DNA of 64,000 bases from Octopus sinensis (lineage: Eukaryota). The notes below the pieces were generated by a model. That model had not been told where the DNA came from. It made no database searches and saw only the letters and a program-made list of their open reading frames with translations. Of the stretch, positions 26,633 to 42,080 are shown in pieces. The position numbers and the translations under genes were made by a program. The first letter of the stretch is position 1. Every line of letters begins with the position of its first letter. The stretch lies in assembly GCF_006345805.1 (NCBI RefSeq), contig NC_043006.1:8990001-9054000 (forward strand). Reading direction: 5' to 3'.

Positions 26633-28394
26633 AAATTTATATATATACATATATTTATACATATGCATATACATATATACATATTATGCATATATAAAAC
26701 CCCTCTACATTGAAAAAAATTTAGAAGATTAATTTGCACGAGGCTATATATACATGTCATGCAAATGTGAATATTTATTTAATACAGTTTTGGTGCTGCC
26801 AGTGGCCGGTTCGTAACTCATGGCAACGATCCATATCATAGAAAGAATGATAGTTATTAGTAAAAGCGTATTACCCATTAATAATCTTATTATACGTCAA
26901 TCGTACAATCTATACCGGATCTAGAGATATAGTTATGAAGTTAGTTCGCAATCTTATATTTTTAATGGTTGTAAACGTTGGCGTTGGGTATTTGACCTTC
27001 CTACCACATCTAAGTGGAAGTTAACGCTTTCTGATTTCAAGAGTTCTGTGACTTGAAAATAAAATCCTTACTCTGTCATACCTTTTACATTCCTTGTAAA
27101 TCAAGGCCTATCCTTAGTTTGAATGACTTAACAAAAACAGATTAACCCCAACAAGTCTTGGACAGAAATCTGAAGAATGTCGAATACAAACTTGTGATAT
27201 ATTTGTACTACATTCTACATAGTAATTCAAATTAGGAATCAAAACCAAAATATAACTTCGAGTCGGTTTCGATTTTCCTTCGTATCCATTCCGTTCGTAT
27301 AGGTAATATTCCCAAAGAGATATTACACTCCAAAACATTCAAGTTTCTTTTCACCCTAATAACTACAGTCCGTTTTATTATTCCTTATCGAAAGTAAACA
27401 ATAAGGCTAAGCAATATTGTATGATTGCTTGTAGGAAAACAAATTCATACAGAATAAGATTTTTATCCAATAGCAAGTGATATTGTTTTAATATGATGCC
27501 AGGGCTTTTGATGGATATGTCTTAAGCTTCGTTGCTCATTGTATACGAGTTTGTGTAGAGATACGACACTAAAAATGAATATATTTTCACACAATATATC
27601 GTAATCTCATAGAAAATATAAAAGATAATTGCCATGTATGCAAAAGTTCTGACAAAGAAAATTACAACATCCAAACAAACGCTTTTTATTCCTTACAACT
27701 GTTTAATAATATGTCCATAAGGTAATAAAATATTCTATATTTCAATAGGGTGAAGAAAGCACCCCGATTCATAGCGTTGCCCTGGACACGCTTCAGACAC
27801 GAATGTAAACAATGGCAGTAAGAGTTAAATGTTATTAAAAATTCTGTAACTTGAGTAGACTCTTTTTTCTGCTTTTTATATTTAAGGTTGGAATTTATGA
27901 CCTCGGTGCCAGCAGTTATTAAATATATTTCTTTTGACGTTTATTTATTTATTTTTTCTTGAGAAATTGTCAGAAATAAATAGTTTCTTGAGAGTAATAT
28001 GTACAGCATAGAATTTTTCTGAAATAATTCGTTATGAAATATCAAAATTACGATGGCAAAATTTTGCTTGTGTATATATTTCATTACAAGTTATTTGTAA
28101 ATGAAGATTATTATGACAGAATATAGTGATTACATAACACAAGTGTATAATAAAGGGCGGAGGGCCAGATACCAAGAGGTAATATTCAGACTCAACTTGA
28201 CGCAAACTATATATCTGATTTCCCAATTTCCTATATTTCTACTCCTATAAAATGTTAGATTATATCTGTTTAATAAAGGGAAAAGGGAAAACATATACGA
28301 AAAATATATTACCTATACACCGAAAACATTATATCAAACAAACGTTATCGATAACAAAGAATGGAAGGATTTATATGCTTATAGCTCGCAAATA

Positions 28395-28445
<51 letters not shown>

Positions 28446-28500
28446 GTGATATATAGATATAAATGGATAAATAGATAGAGATAGAGATATTTATGCACTG

Positions 28501-28535
<35 letters not shown>

Positions 28536-28598
28536 CGTAGATAAATGCATATTCATATATATATATACATATATATATATATGTATATATATATATAA

Positions 28599-28671
<73 letters not shown>

Positions 28672-30170
28672 GCATACATACATATATACATACACATATA
28701 TATGTGTGTGTATGTGTTTTTTAATTAAAGAGTGCGTTGGTAGTCTCTTTAACATTTTACGTTACCAGTGTTTGTATATTGAATTTAAAAGGCGGCGTCT
28801 ATAAAACATATTGCCGAAAATACCTGTTTTCATTTTATCGATCTCGATATGTGTCAATATAAAATTTAGGTAATATGCCTCAGTAGGAACTACAGTTTTT
28901 TTCCAGACCTTTTGGAGCCAAACGACATTTAGCATGACATATCATTTAAAGTACATGACCACCTCGTTCATATTGTTTAATTTAAGCTTCCTATGTTATG
29001 CAAAGAATCTGTAAACACACACACACAAACACACACACGCACACATCCACATATGTATAGATGTGCTTGTATTTGTTCGTGCTTGTGCGTGTGGTGAGTG
29101 TAATTCATCCTTACTGCTTGACCACCACATTTACGTGAATCCTGCCCTGGACCTGTTTAAGAAACCCAGAGCATATGAAAGGCAGCGTGCAGTGCATTTC
29201 CTATCTGTATAAATGATAAAATATTACTAAAATAGTTCTGCCATTGTGTCTCTCTGTGTCGCTTTCAGTAAACTTATATCACAAAGCAACACAGGCAATA
29301 ACACATTGCTATATTGGAAGTACCGCGTTAAGCATAATAGAATATTCTATATAAATAACTTTTACAAAACAGCTTGATCCATATATTTATATAGGTTCAA
29401 TGATAACTTGCTGTATGTCTCAAGATTCATTCTAAAACAAAGCTATGTTCGATAGAAGCAAAGAAGCCTTTGTAAAATATATTTGGTTTTACATCTGAAG
29501 TTTATTGCGTTTAAGCCGAAACATAGACGCATATATATACATACCGCCTTGCTAGCAATGTAACCATCACAGTGATGAGATAACAGCGTTATACTATACA
29601 CTTATTGCCAAAGTGTATAGTATGATGAATTACTTCGAGAGTTTTACCTGAAGACATATTTTCACAATAAATAAAGATCAGTTGAATATAACATAGTAAT
29701 TCAAATTAGGAATCAAAGCCAAAATATAACTTCGAGTCGGTTTCGATTTTCCTTCGTATCCACTCCATTCATGTAGGTAATATTCCAAAACAGAACATTA
29801 CCTATGAATCGCACGTAGAGATTCGACCCTTGACATCAGTTAGTTTTGAATAACAGTTGAAATGCAAACATTACAGATTACCAACGTTCTGTAACTTGAT
29901 TAACACGATTCTATTCATCAAATTTTGCAAGAATATGTCAAATACCTTACGTTAGCGTTCGGATCATCAGATCTAATACTTCTCTGAACGACTGTTCCAT
30001 GAAATACTCTCAAATAATGCACACACATGCCTTATTCATATATACATATATATATTTAAAATTAAGGATAAAATCTTTATAAGAAATGATCAGTAGTTAG
30101 CGTGAAATACCTCGTAAGAGAAAAAATCTGTAAATTTTTCCACGTTGAAAATATTTATTTATATTATATA

Positions 30171-30303
30171 GAGGTACTATTATTCATAGGTACCGCTCTC
30201 TAGGAGGGACTCTTGCAGTCAAAACTACTAAAATAATTTATTTTAGTACTTTTGACTGCAAGGTTCCCTCCTAGCGTGCGGTACCTATGAATAATAGTAC
30301 CTC
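30171..30303. repeat. Near-perfect 133-bp palindrome (66-bp arms, 1-nt centre), MITE-like
   Basis: GAGGTACTATTATTCATAGGTACCGC...TAAAATAA-T-TTATTTTA...GCGGTACCTATGAATAATAGTACCTC; 5 mismatches by manual alignment; TATA on both sides. Confidence 0.92.
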
Positions 30304-30310
30304 TATATAT

Positions 30311-30367
<57 letters not shown>

Positions 30368-30390
30368 TATATATACATATATATGTGTGT

Positions 30391-30433
<43 letters not shown>

Positions 30434-31419
30434 TGTGTGTGTGTGTTGTTGTGTCTGTGTGTGTCTGTGTGTCTGTGTTTGTTTGTGTGTACACATAAAT
30501 TAATATACACATTGTCGTGTGACAGTATTTGGGTCTGAATCCAAATAGCATATGGCAGGTGGTACACTATTAGGTGATCAATATATTTCTGACTTGATAT
30601 TCTTATATTTTACACTTGGTGGTGGATTTCAAGGAGATGCTTGTAACGCAGATTAAGCTAGATGCATATTTTCCCTGACATCAGCCTAAAGCAGATCGCA
30701 CGATGCACTCAAAGCGAAGGAAGTCAATTTACGATTCATTCAAGCGCAGTTATAGAGAATTGGCATTAGGGAAACATGATATATGCATCAATGTATTTTT
30801 TTCTTTGTAGATATATTTGCATGCAGTATTATTGAAAAGGACAAGATATCAAAGAAAGCCGAATTAAATAAATAAAGAGCATGGAGTGAAACAGCTGCTT
30901 TCTTCAGTTTGTCACGGCATCTTCAATATTGTAGTGCATTTTATTGTTCCACCTTTGGCATCTGTTTCGTTTTACATTCCTTCCTTTGATTCGTTAGCTA
31001 TTCATTAAATTTCCTGCAATATTTCTATAATATTTCTTACTTAAATCGTTTCTGATCCATAACAGAAAAGATTGTTTAGTTGTGATGCTCATGTATGTAA
31101 CAAGCATTTAACTACCTACATTCGGAAATGGAGAACGATTGAAGGGCAGTAAAATTTATGGAGCGTCTTGAATCAGAATCGTGATTAATTTTTTTTTCTT
31201 TTATTTAATTAAAATGGTTTCTTTTCATTAATTGTGTAAATTTGACTTCGGCAGCAAATGTGATACTTCATGCCGAAGCAATTTAACACGTCCATAAATG
31301 TATGAAAGGAGTGAATTAATTTAAGTTTAGAAATAATATCAGCTTCTATCTACATCTCTGTCTTCCTATGTTTGTCTGTGTGTCCTTTCTCTGTCTATAT
31401 GTCTCTCCCTCTTTTTACA

Positions 31420-31465
31420 ACAACAATAATAACAACAACTACAACTACTACTGCTGCTGCTGCTG

Positions 31466-31538
<73 letters not shown>

Positions 31539-31555
31539 AACTACTACTACTACAA
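31420..31555. repeat. Compound (CAA)/(CTG)/(CTA)n microsatellite
   Basis: Direct reading. Confidence 0.95.
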
Positions 31556-31974
31556 AACTAGGTCATCGACATTCTAGAAAAGAAAGTCCCTCTAGGATGA
31601 ATTCTAAATAATTCACCAATAAATTATATTGCTATTGGATATAAAATTAGTAAATTAAATTTTTAATGAAAGAAAGTAGGTAACTAATTCAGAGAAATGC
31701 TGCAGTGCATTGATTTCGGAGTCGATCTGGGAACCGGCATCTGTAGAACGACGACTCTCAGCTTGGTAAAAATGTTAACCTACAAGTGTAATCCAAAAGA
31801 TTTGAGACGTTTTCAGGAGAGATATTTGTAAATTTAATTAAAAAAAGGACCCTCTGGTTTCAATACATTCCTTGTAGAGATGCATCTCCACAGCAATCAT
31901 CAGACGAGCCTCCTGTAACAAGCAGGGCATATTAGGATGTTTAGACAATGGCGATTAAAGTCATGTATATGTAT

Positions 31975-32070
<96 letters not shown>

Positions 32071-32672
32071 AAATATATATATATAGCTTTAAAGAGAAAA
32101 TACTGTTAAACGTCTGTGATAGCATAACTGTAGATATATAATTCGTGATTTTTATGTTAATGTCATATATATATATATATATATGTATATATGCACACAT
32201 ACACACAAATATACACACATACATACACACATATGTGCATAAAACTTGAATTAAAAATATTAAATTCGAGAAGCATGAAACCTTACATTTTCGATATAAT
32301 ATGTAGAAGGTTCAAAATTTACATAATACTCACTCGACAATTTTTCAAGTCCTACCTGTAAAAAAAAATGTGTATAATCTATACGATGACAGTTACTACG
32401 ATAGGAATCTTAATTAGCTAAAAGCATTCGCTCTGCAGTTATGTGTATATAGATTTATGCTGTTCCTTCTAATGTACAGTATGGGATGATGTAACTTCAT
32501 GATGCCATGATATACTGTTGGAATTCCACCGTAGTGTAGTAATAAATTTTAAACAGCAAATATTCTTATTAATATAAGCCAACTATTATTCTCCAAATAT
32601 TGCAGGAAAATATTTATGCTGTCGTAAAATAATACACGCATAAATGTATGCTCTTACACATACATGTATGCG

Positions 32673-32755
<83 letters not shown>

Positions 32756-35619
32756 AGTATTCACCCTGAATTTTTTGTAATATATATATGAAAAATTTAT
32801 GAGTGCGTAAACGTGTATATATAAATGTATGTGTGTGTATTTATGTATATATGTTCATAAGTACACATGTATGAATTAATATACATCACACACATGCACA
32901 CGTGTGTGCCATAATCAGACTATCACAGATGAACACACACTTGCTGTAGATACCTTTATTACAGTGTGTGTGTGTGTGTGTGCTGTGTGTGAGTGTGCTG
33001 TGTGTGTGTGTGTGTGTGTATGTGTGTGTTTGTGTGTGTGCGTGTATGCTTCTTCAAATACTCATATATGTATAAATGTTTGTATGCGTGAATGCGATAT
33101 TGAATATCATTATTCATTGTTCTCAAAGCATCAGGATGAAAATGTTTTATGTTCCGGCGTGTATTATTTTAATTGACATCCGTTAGAAAAATATTACGGA
33201 AGACCCAAAGCTCCAATGAAGAGCAATGTAGTGTCCACTGCCTTTCCCTATGAGGAAAGCATAATTCTCACCACATACAAAACCTCATCTTGCTCCATGA
33301 GATACGTGACAACTTGCCTCTGAACTTTTTCTTGCATGTCTTTCTCATATCGCATTCCATTTTCTGGTCTGATTTTCGAAATATTAACTTACTTACAGTC
33401 ATATTTAACTAGGTGAAGTCTATTAAAATTATGACATACTTTACTCCCGAACTTTCCACACACTAGCTCCATTCCCAGGTGATCTAGAAGGAATCATATA
33501 TACCCAGAGAATGTAGCCCTAAGGCGCCACTCATATGAGATCGCATATCACGAAGATCATCCTATCAGAGCAGACATAAATATCTCAGAAAAATCTGCAT
33601 CTAACATTTAGCCTTTAACAAACTTAATAATATATGATCACTCTATAAATTACTGAAACCTTACACACTGTATAAATATATATATATATATATGACACAA
33701 ATGTCTATTTTTCTCACGTCAGTGAGACAGATGCCGCTATGTTCTAAACTTAGTCACGTATGCAAAATTACGTATCAATTGTTTACAACGATTGACACCC
33801 ATTCCCAGTACATCTTTACCATAATCTATTATTGAGTCATTTCGTCGCGACAAGTCAACTTTTTAAACATCACAATATCAGTAAGACATAAATCCTCCCA
33901 GGAAAATACGTTACTGGAATCCTATCCTCAGCTGAGTATTGCTGTAGGTGAAATTTGAATGAGTTCATTTTGCAACTGTTGCTTGAGTGTTATTCACATG
34001 AATTTAAAACGTATGGAAAGTACAAGTTATAAAGACCTTTGGAAAAATATTTGTTATAACCATAAAAAAACTGTAAAGAAAATGACAACAGCATTTATTG
34101 TAAAGGTATTCCATGGTTTTGCATACAGACGAGAGAGATTGCATATATGAATATATATATAAATATATATATAGAGAGAGATATATATATAGATATATAT
34201 AGATATATATAGACATTCACACTCGAGCGTTCTGCAGTGAAATGTACACACTCACACACACACGCACACGCGCACATACACCGCTCAAATATATGTATCT
34301 GCATGGAGCTGTTTGTTCATATGTATACTTGTTTATGTGAACACAGGACAATTTAGGATTTCAGCTTATCTTTTGCTTTTAACTGTAATTTCAATCTTTG
34401 AATATACAAGCTGTTTTTTTCTATTTCCTATATGAATCCCAGGCTGGTCATATATATTTGTTCGATAGATATATTATTGATGTTTTGTCTGCACGTCTTT
34501 ATTCATTTTCGTTTTTTCTGAATGTTACATTGAGTCGATATTCCGCCTTCATTCTGATTTCATACAATTGAAATATTATTGCCACACTGTGCATAACTTT
34601 TGGGATGGTCAACTCTTTCGTTAGGTAAGAAAGATATTAGTTGTTGCTAATGTATTGTAAACATGAACACTGTATATTTGAAATTAGTTTGATACCTATT
34701 CTTTTGATGTTTGTTAGCTTTCATTTTATTTATATTGTTTCATTTCATTTTATTTGTTTTATTTCTTCTTTGTATATTATTTCCTTCAGCATATCATGAA
34801 ACAATACTTGTACCTTTCATTTTATATCTTGAAACGATCACAGGCTTAAATTTAACATATTGAGATCAAATGTAAATGGAAAAAAGAAGGGCTGTCGTAA
34901 GCGGTGTCGAGGCAGGATTGGCTTCCGGATCGAAGACTATACACATCACTCCTAGAATTAGGAATGTACAGGAAATGAAACGTAGCTTTGAATGAATAAA
35001 ATCTTACGGCTCTAAATGAATACACGAACCTGAAAGTGTTACATATGTGCAAAATTGTCCTGCCTCCGCGGCAATTCCCTTAGTGGCACACTTCTACACT
35101 TTGCTGTTTGCATTACTGATAGTTCTCTAAAGCTGCTCTGTTTTAACTGCTTTCATCGCACCAATCAAACCATAAACACAATCATTAACATTATCGTCGC
35201 AACTAGCTATTCTACACCCGTCGTAAACTCTATATTAAAAGCATGCTATCCACCATCCTAAATATAATCGTAGGTATACTCATAAACATCATCTCAACGA
35301 CGAAAACAAAATCTGCTAATACGAGATGCAATAACAAAGGCAAATCGAATTGACCATGTCATTGATCATTTATAGTACATCAGACAAGCACTACTACATC
35401 CATCTCAACCTGTAAAAACCGTAGCAGTAAAGCTGTCTCCCTGCCTAGCATGAACAATATCGTATAAAAGATGTAGTTGTTTTGAACAAAGCAAAGCTGA
35501 ATGTATATTATCTGATCAAAGAAGAATATTCAGAGTTGGATTAAGTTCCATAGTATATCTCCTGGATTAGAGAAAAAGACCCAGCAAAATCGAAAAAGAA
35601 TACAGTAATATAGATACAG

Positions 35620-35654
<35 letters not shown>

Positions 35655-35657
<3 letters not shown>

Positions 35658-36069
35658 GCAGGAGTGGCTGTGTGGTAAGTAGCTTGTTAACCAACCACAT
35701 GGTTCCGGGTTCAGTCCCACTGCGTGGCATCTTGGGCAAGTATTTTCTGCTATAGCCCCGGGCCGACCAATGCCTTGTGAGTGGATTTGGTAGACGGAAA
35801 CTGAAAGAAGCCTGTCGTATATATGTATATATATATACGTGTATTTGTATGTGTGTGTGTTTGTGTGTCTGTCCCCCTAGCATTGCTTGACAACCGATGC
35901 TGGCGTGTTTACGTCCCCGTCACCTAGCGGTTCGGCAAAAGAGACCGATATAATAAGTACTGGGCTTACAAAGAATAAGTCCCGGGGTTGATTTGCTCGA
36001 CTAAAGGCGGTGCTCCAGCATGGCCGCAGTCAAATGACTGAAACAAGTAAAAGAGTAAGAAAAAGAGAG

Positions 36070-36070
<1 letters not shown>
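35655..36070 (+). mobile_element. tRNA-derived SINE, full-length, inserted in (TA)n
   Basis: Same architecture as the other copies. Confidence 0.93.
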
Positions 36071-36106
<36 letters not shown>

Positions 36107-36806
36107 GAAAATTATAGTAAGTGCAATCATGTCGACTATCGGGAACGGCTCAGTTTTGAACGGTAACTAGAGCCAGAAACATTAGTCTCACAAACAGAGA
36201 ATAACAGCCAAAAGATAATTTCAAACTAATACCACAAGTAATACATATTTATGGACATCAGAAAAATCACAGATATATATAACATAAAAACAAACAAAAT
36301 GCAATTGTCTTCTCTCTTCTAATGCACCGGATGACTTCCGCAATCACTTTCACTCCACTTCACTCAGTCTCTCTCCCTATGGTTTCCGCAAATGTATATA
36401 TATACTAGACTTATATCATAATCATCATCATCATCATCATCATCATCCTTATCGCATGTATTCTATTCATTCAGGAATTTTCTTTGAAATTAACGAAGCC
36501 AATCATTCGTTCATCATCACGTCTACATTGTTTCAAGTATCCATTCTGTGCGTGTGTGTGTGTGTGTGTTTCTCTCTTTCTCTGTATCTATCTATCTATA
36601 TACATACATACATACATACATAAATATATATATATATATATATCCAATACATTCGTGTGCGTGCTTTCAAGTGTATGTGAGTGTGACTAAGTATAGAATT
36701 ATTTTCGTAAGACTGTCTATTCACAAAAAATACTCATAGGTAACGCATATGAATACACATATTCACACATACGCAAACATGCACGAGAAATAATTAACGC
36801 ACACAC

Positions 36807-36865
<59 letters not shown>

Positions 36866-39689
36866 CATATATATATGTACATAAACACACACACATATAT
36901 ATATACATACACACATACATACACACATACACATTCATATGCGTGTTAATATTTATGAATAGATGCATATAAATACTAATGTGTACATGTATACATACAT
37001 AGATATATTCAAACATACGCGCATGAGTACGTATTTATATATATGTGACTGTGTATTTAGCTCTTGTACATGTCTAAGTGCGAATGTGTGTATAGATGTA
37101 TAACATTTACAAATCAGCTTTTGTTTTTTATATAACGATCATGTTAAAAATAACATAACTAAACGTAGGATATATTTAAGAGGGTACATCACTTATGGAA
37201 TATTTTTACGATGTTGCCTGAGATAGATATCGAAATCATCATTATCAGATTGACTGAAGTAGCTACATGCCTTCCGGCATATTATTAAGATTGTGCTTTA
37301 ATCAAGAGTTTTTGTTTTTTTTTAATGCTGTAATCTCACCAGAAACAATTATAGCTTTTTCTTCCGTCTCTTCCAGATTGCCCAAACAAGATATACTACC
37401 TAATTTGTTCGTTCATATTCCTTGTATTTAGTTTTTATTTTTCCCCCTTTATCGATTCTTTTTCCTGAGAAACTCTTTCCTTCTATCGCAGCATATTCAC
37501 TTTTTCATTAATCAAGCTAATTAAACCTTTCCTCCTCCTCCCTCTACTCGTGTCACACGCCATTTGTGTTATATTATTAACCAAGTGACCTGTTTTATCT
37601 AGTTTTTTCCTGCAACTATGTTACTGACACTAACCTTAATCCATTTCCTTTTTTTTTAAATTTCATCTATACATTTTGCATTTAACCATCTTCTTCTTCT
37701 TTTCCTCCTCCTCCTTCTTCTTCTTCTTCTTCTTCTTCTTCTTCTTCTTCTTCTTCTTCTTCTTCTTCTCTTCTTCTTCTTCCCTTTCCTCTTCTCTTTT
37801 CTATTAATATGTCTGCCACATCTCCGAGGTATCTCCTAAGTTTCTCTATTTTCCTTCTCCTCCTACTCCTCATCTTCCGCATTACTGTAACTTTTATTTA
37901 CAATTGCTCTTAACCTTTCACCCATAAATAATTCACCCCCCCCTCAACAACCACTCCCTTTCTTTTTTTTCTTCGTCCTCTTCACATTCTCTTTTCGGAA
38001 TATTTATTTTTGACATTTCTCTGAATATATTACATGTACTTCATTTTCTTCTTACTCCTTAAGTATCCTTACTTTTTTTACATTTTTCTCAATTAGATTT
38101 TTTAGTTCATTCTTCCGGTACGTTTCAATCAACTTATTACTCCCCTCACGTATCACACTCCTTCATTATCTTTATATTTATTATAATAATAATTATTACT
38201 CGTCTTCTGTTCTTATAATTTCTTAATATTTCTCTGCTGCTTAATTTGATTCATACCGTCATTTCTACGTCCTTCTCTTCTTCCAAAGTTAGTCTCTTCC
38301 TCATTTTTCTGTCGTTTTCATGCTATCCCCACCTCCTTCCCCTCCAGTCCTCTCCCTTATTTACTATTTCTAAATCTTCTTACTAATACAAACTACAAGA
38401 CTTCCACAATATATTATCATTTTATTTCTCCTCTTCCTCTCTTTCCTGCTTCCCTGGCTCCTACTTCCTACTTCTCTTCTCTCTTTGCCATCTTCGATTT
38501 CGTCTAGTTAACCTAGACAGCCAGTTTCCCTTTCCGTACATACGCTTTATATATATCCTACCTTTAATTGTACGCTCTGTGGCTTTGCTCGTCCAACTAT
38601 ACTTAGCTGAATCCGTTCCGATATAGATCCGACAAGCGGCAGAAGCAATGTTGTAGTAATGTTACAGCGGTAAGCCAACCGCTGAAGCGAGACAGAATAT
38701 TCGCCAAGTAACGCTTGCCTGCAATATCTGACATCTCAAATAAAGAGTTTTTCTATAGCATCTTTGAGATGATAAGACGAAAATAGAAGACCAAAAATAA
38801 ATAAATAAATGCAAGAAAAGGAAATAAAAGCAAAGATAATGCGCTATTATTTCCACTCCATCAAATCTTATATATCAAATCTGAATAATTCTGTATTCAA
38901 TTTCTTTTTATGAAGTATAGCGTACGAAATATGTCAATGATGCACCGTCGTTTATTATAGATTGTATATAATATATGTGTTAACATTACAATGTAGTTTT
39001 ATATTAACAAACACATGAAAATATTAGCGCCGTTTTCTTTGTTTGTTTAGAATAGGCGAATTGATAGCTTACATAGGAACGGCACAGGAATATAAATAGA
39101 CAATCGCAAATTTAATAGGAAATGGCATACAATTTTCTTTAGACTGTAGACGAGAAAAGAGTAGGCTATGATCGATTGAGTTTACTACAATCTATAACTA
39201 GTACTTTACTTTGTCAGTCTTACTAGTAACATGTGCAATGAAAATGTCAACATCTATTTCTATTTCAGTGTTAGAACTCTGAAACATACTGTTTGACTTT
39301 GTTTCGATTGGCAGCAATTATTTTAAAAATGATCTTCGCTGATTTTTACCATATTTAAATGGAAGAAAAAATAGATTAACGCTGGTGACAGGTCCTGAAA
39401 CTAGATATCCGTTAAGCAGCGGAATGTATTTAATGTAGAACTCGGCTATGCACCTGAATCCATCTTTCTTTGCATACAATATACGTTTAGTAATGAAATG
39501 AGTGGGAAAATGGTTGCTGCGGCAGTATTTTATTATTAGCAATCTGCAGCATCTATCTGTACCTAAAGTCGATCATAATGTTCAGTTTTAGTTTTGGAAT
39601 CTTGGATATGTATCCTGATGTTTGGAATTCGACATATACTGAATGATTAATTGAAAAATCAACGTTTATAGCTTTGCACCATGCAACTT

Positions 39690-39840
39690 GCTAATGGAAG
39701 AAATGAACATCTTTTACATACCGCAGATTATGTTGCTGATAAAGAACTACTATCAGCCAATAAGGCATTCATGGACGACATAATAATATATGTTGGAAAC
39801 CAAAACTCTATGCACAGTGTGCATTGGCTGAACTAATAAG
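39690..39840 (+). pseudogene. Possible very old reverse-transcriptase remnant
   Basis: Short frame containing KAFMDDIIIY, resembling the (Y/F)xDD catalytic motif; no other motif recovered. Confidence 0.25.
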
Positions 39841-40149
39841 TCACGCACTCTAACTTATGTCAAAGGTCAACAGAAACAAATTAATTTCAAAATATTTCGG
39901 GAAACAACTGTTTAAAGGCAACCCTGTAAAAGCTTCAATATCTCCCCGTGTCACAGCTTTACGATGTTTGTCTAACCTTTTTTTCAGAGGACGGCATGTT
40001 TGGCTTTTGTATAACCTACCACAGCTGAATGGGATGGAGTAAACACATTGTTTTGGTCATTTTCCCTTCTATTGGTGGTTTTACTTGAAGGAGATATTTG
40101 CGAAGTGTTGCACACTGTCCCGATGTCATATGGGTCGCATATCTTTTGT

Positions 40150-40740
40150 ATTTTTTTAGGAGAGGCCTTTCACATTGTTTAGACAGACTGTGGACAGTCT
40201 ATTGGTACCATCCTCTCCTTTCTTCATAATTGGAGTGGATAGTATGTTTTTGGGGTAGTTCTTGCTTAGTAGATTGTTAGTGAGCTTGGTCATTTCTTCG
40301 TGGTGTGTATCACGATCGCTACTTATATTTTTGCTCCAGGTTTTTGGCAATAAGCAATCCCACCATCCATTGTATGGATGGTGGGAATTAAAGTTGAGGT
40401 ATCGTCCAGTGAAGGTCGACTTGCAGTATACGGATGTCCTGAATCCATACTTCGTGCGTGTTATTAATACTTAGCTGATTGTCTTTTTCCTTTCCAATTG
40501 TGAACTCTACGGGTGGCTTTATTGAGTTCACATGGACTAACAGCACTTGGACATCATTTTCGTGGTGCCAGAGTATAAAGGTGTAATCAACATATCGCAG
40601 CCATAGGGTTGGTTTAATGGTGTTGATCCTAAAACCAAATTCTCAAAGTATTCCGTGTATATATTGGCTATTATCGATGGTAATGGCGAACCCATAGCTA
40701 AACCCTCTTCGTGTAAATGTATATCAATGTCCATACAGGT
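40150..40740 (-). mobile_element. Penelope-like RT fragment, decayed
   Basis: GLAMGSPLPSIIANIYTEYFE / PTLWLRYVDYTFILW / KEKDNQL / GFRTSVYCKSTFTGRYLNFNSHHP across frameshifts, matching the PLE RT motifs GxxMGSPLSP, YVDD and VYRKPTxTxxYLxFxSxHP. Confidence 0.88.
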
Positions 40741-41754
40741 AGGTTCTCACAGAAGATCAACACTTCCATCAAGTTTCTTATTAGTATACTAGTGCTTTCT
40801 TTTAGATAGTGTTTGTCACTTACTTCTCTTCCACCAAATGCAAGTAATGTAAATAATGTACATAATTCTTCATCTCAGTATAAAACTATTATACCATTTA
40901 TATTTATAGAATTGCACTGGTGTTGATAGTGATACATAATCATGCGGAATTATTTAAGAACTTGTTTTTTCCTATCTATATTCAATGCAAAATCATGTTA
41001 TTATAGTGTAAAGAGAGGTTTCGTAAAACTTAAAAAGAAGGCGTCTATTATATATGGTTTTACATGGTCACGATTACTATGGTTAACAACATGAGCGAAG
41101 TTTATATTGTCTAGGATCATTGATACAATTGAAAAGTTTTCAAATATATTGAACACACTTCAAATGATAAGATATGTAAACTAAGCAAGAAGAGATATTG
41201 GATTGGTGCATGGTAAAGGAAAAGCGAAAAAACAAGTTGGGAATAAATGTTAACTAAATAAGAATAATGAAATTCCAAACAACAAAATTGAACATGATCG
41301 TGATATAAAGGAAAATGCCTTATTTGCCTAGTAAAGACAAAAACTAACAGTATGAGGAAAAGTGTAAAATTGTAAATTGTCACGCTATTTATTCATTGTT
41401 ATATTGTAAGCTGATATAAAAAGTACCTTTTGAATTCTTCTGCTGCAGTCTGATTCCTTATCGCTAAAATTCATTGAATCTATCTACATAAGTTTAAAAG
41501 AATATACACGACACGAAAGAAACCCCCACATAAAACTAGAAACATATATCAATGTAATTTCATATACAGTTGCTGGAATGTAACATTACGTCAAAATACA
41601 TAAGCTGTAACTTTCCCTTTTGCAAAGTGTGTATCGGTGTGCATGGTCGTGTATGAGTATGTGTCTACGCTACATTTGCATATATACTTATAATTATCTA
41701 CCTAACTACCCACTTATATGTATATGCGTGTATACATGTATGTATGTGTATATA

Positions 41755-41760
41755 TATCTA

Positions 41761-41803
<43 letters not shown>

Positions 41804-41855
41804 ATATATATATATAATATATATATATATTTATCTATCTATCTATCTATATATC

Positions 41856-41893
<38 letters not shown>

Positions 41894-41908
41894 ATATATA
41901 GATAGATT

Positions 41909-41967
<59 letters not shown>
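41755..41967. repeat. (TATC)n-(TA)n-(GATA)n mirrored microsatellite
   Basis: Direct reading; the same tetranucleotide on opposite strands. Confidence 0.9.
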
Positions 41968-42080
41968 TCAAATGAATATTGTACTTAAGCTAGATGCACC
42001 AGAAGTTTGTGTGGTGTTATCCATATAAATACATGGGGTGATTATAATCAAGATAAGCAACAAGAATATCTTCGGTAATT

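Noticed and set aside
31848-31903. Minus-strand CUGAUGA...GAAA-CC(AGAG)GG-UC hammerhead-like motif
   Set aside because: Helix I does not pair next to the core, helix II base is mismatched, and it is not in a repeat context; compatible with chance.
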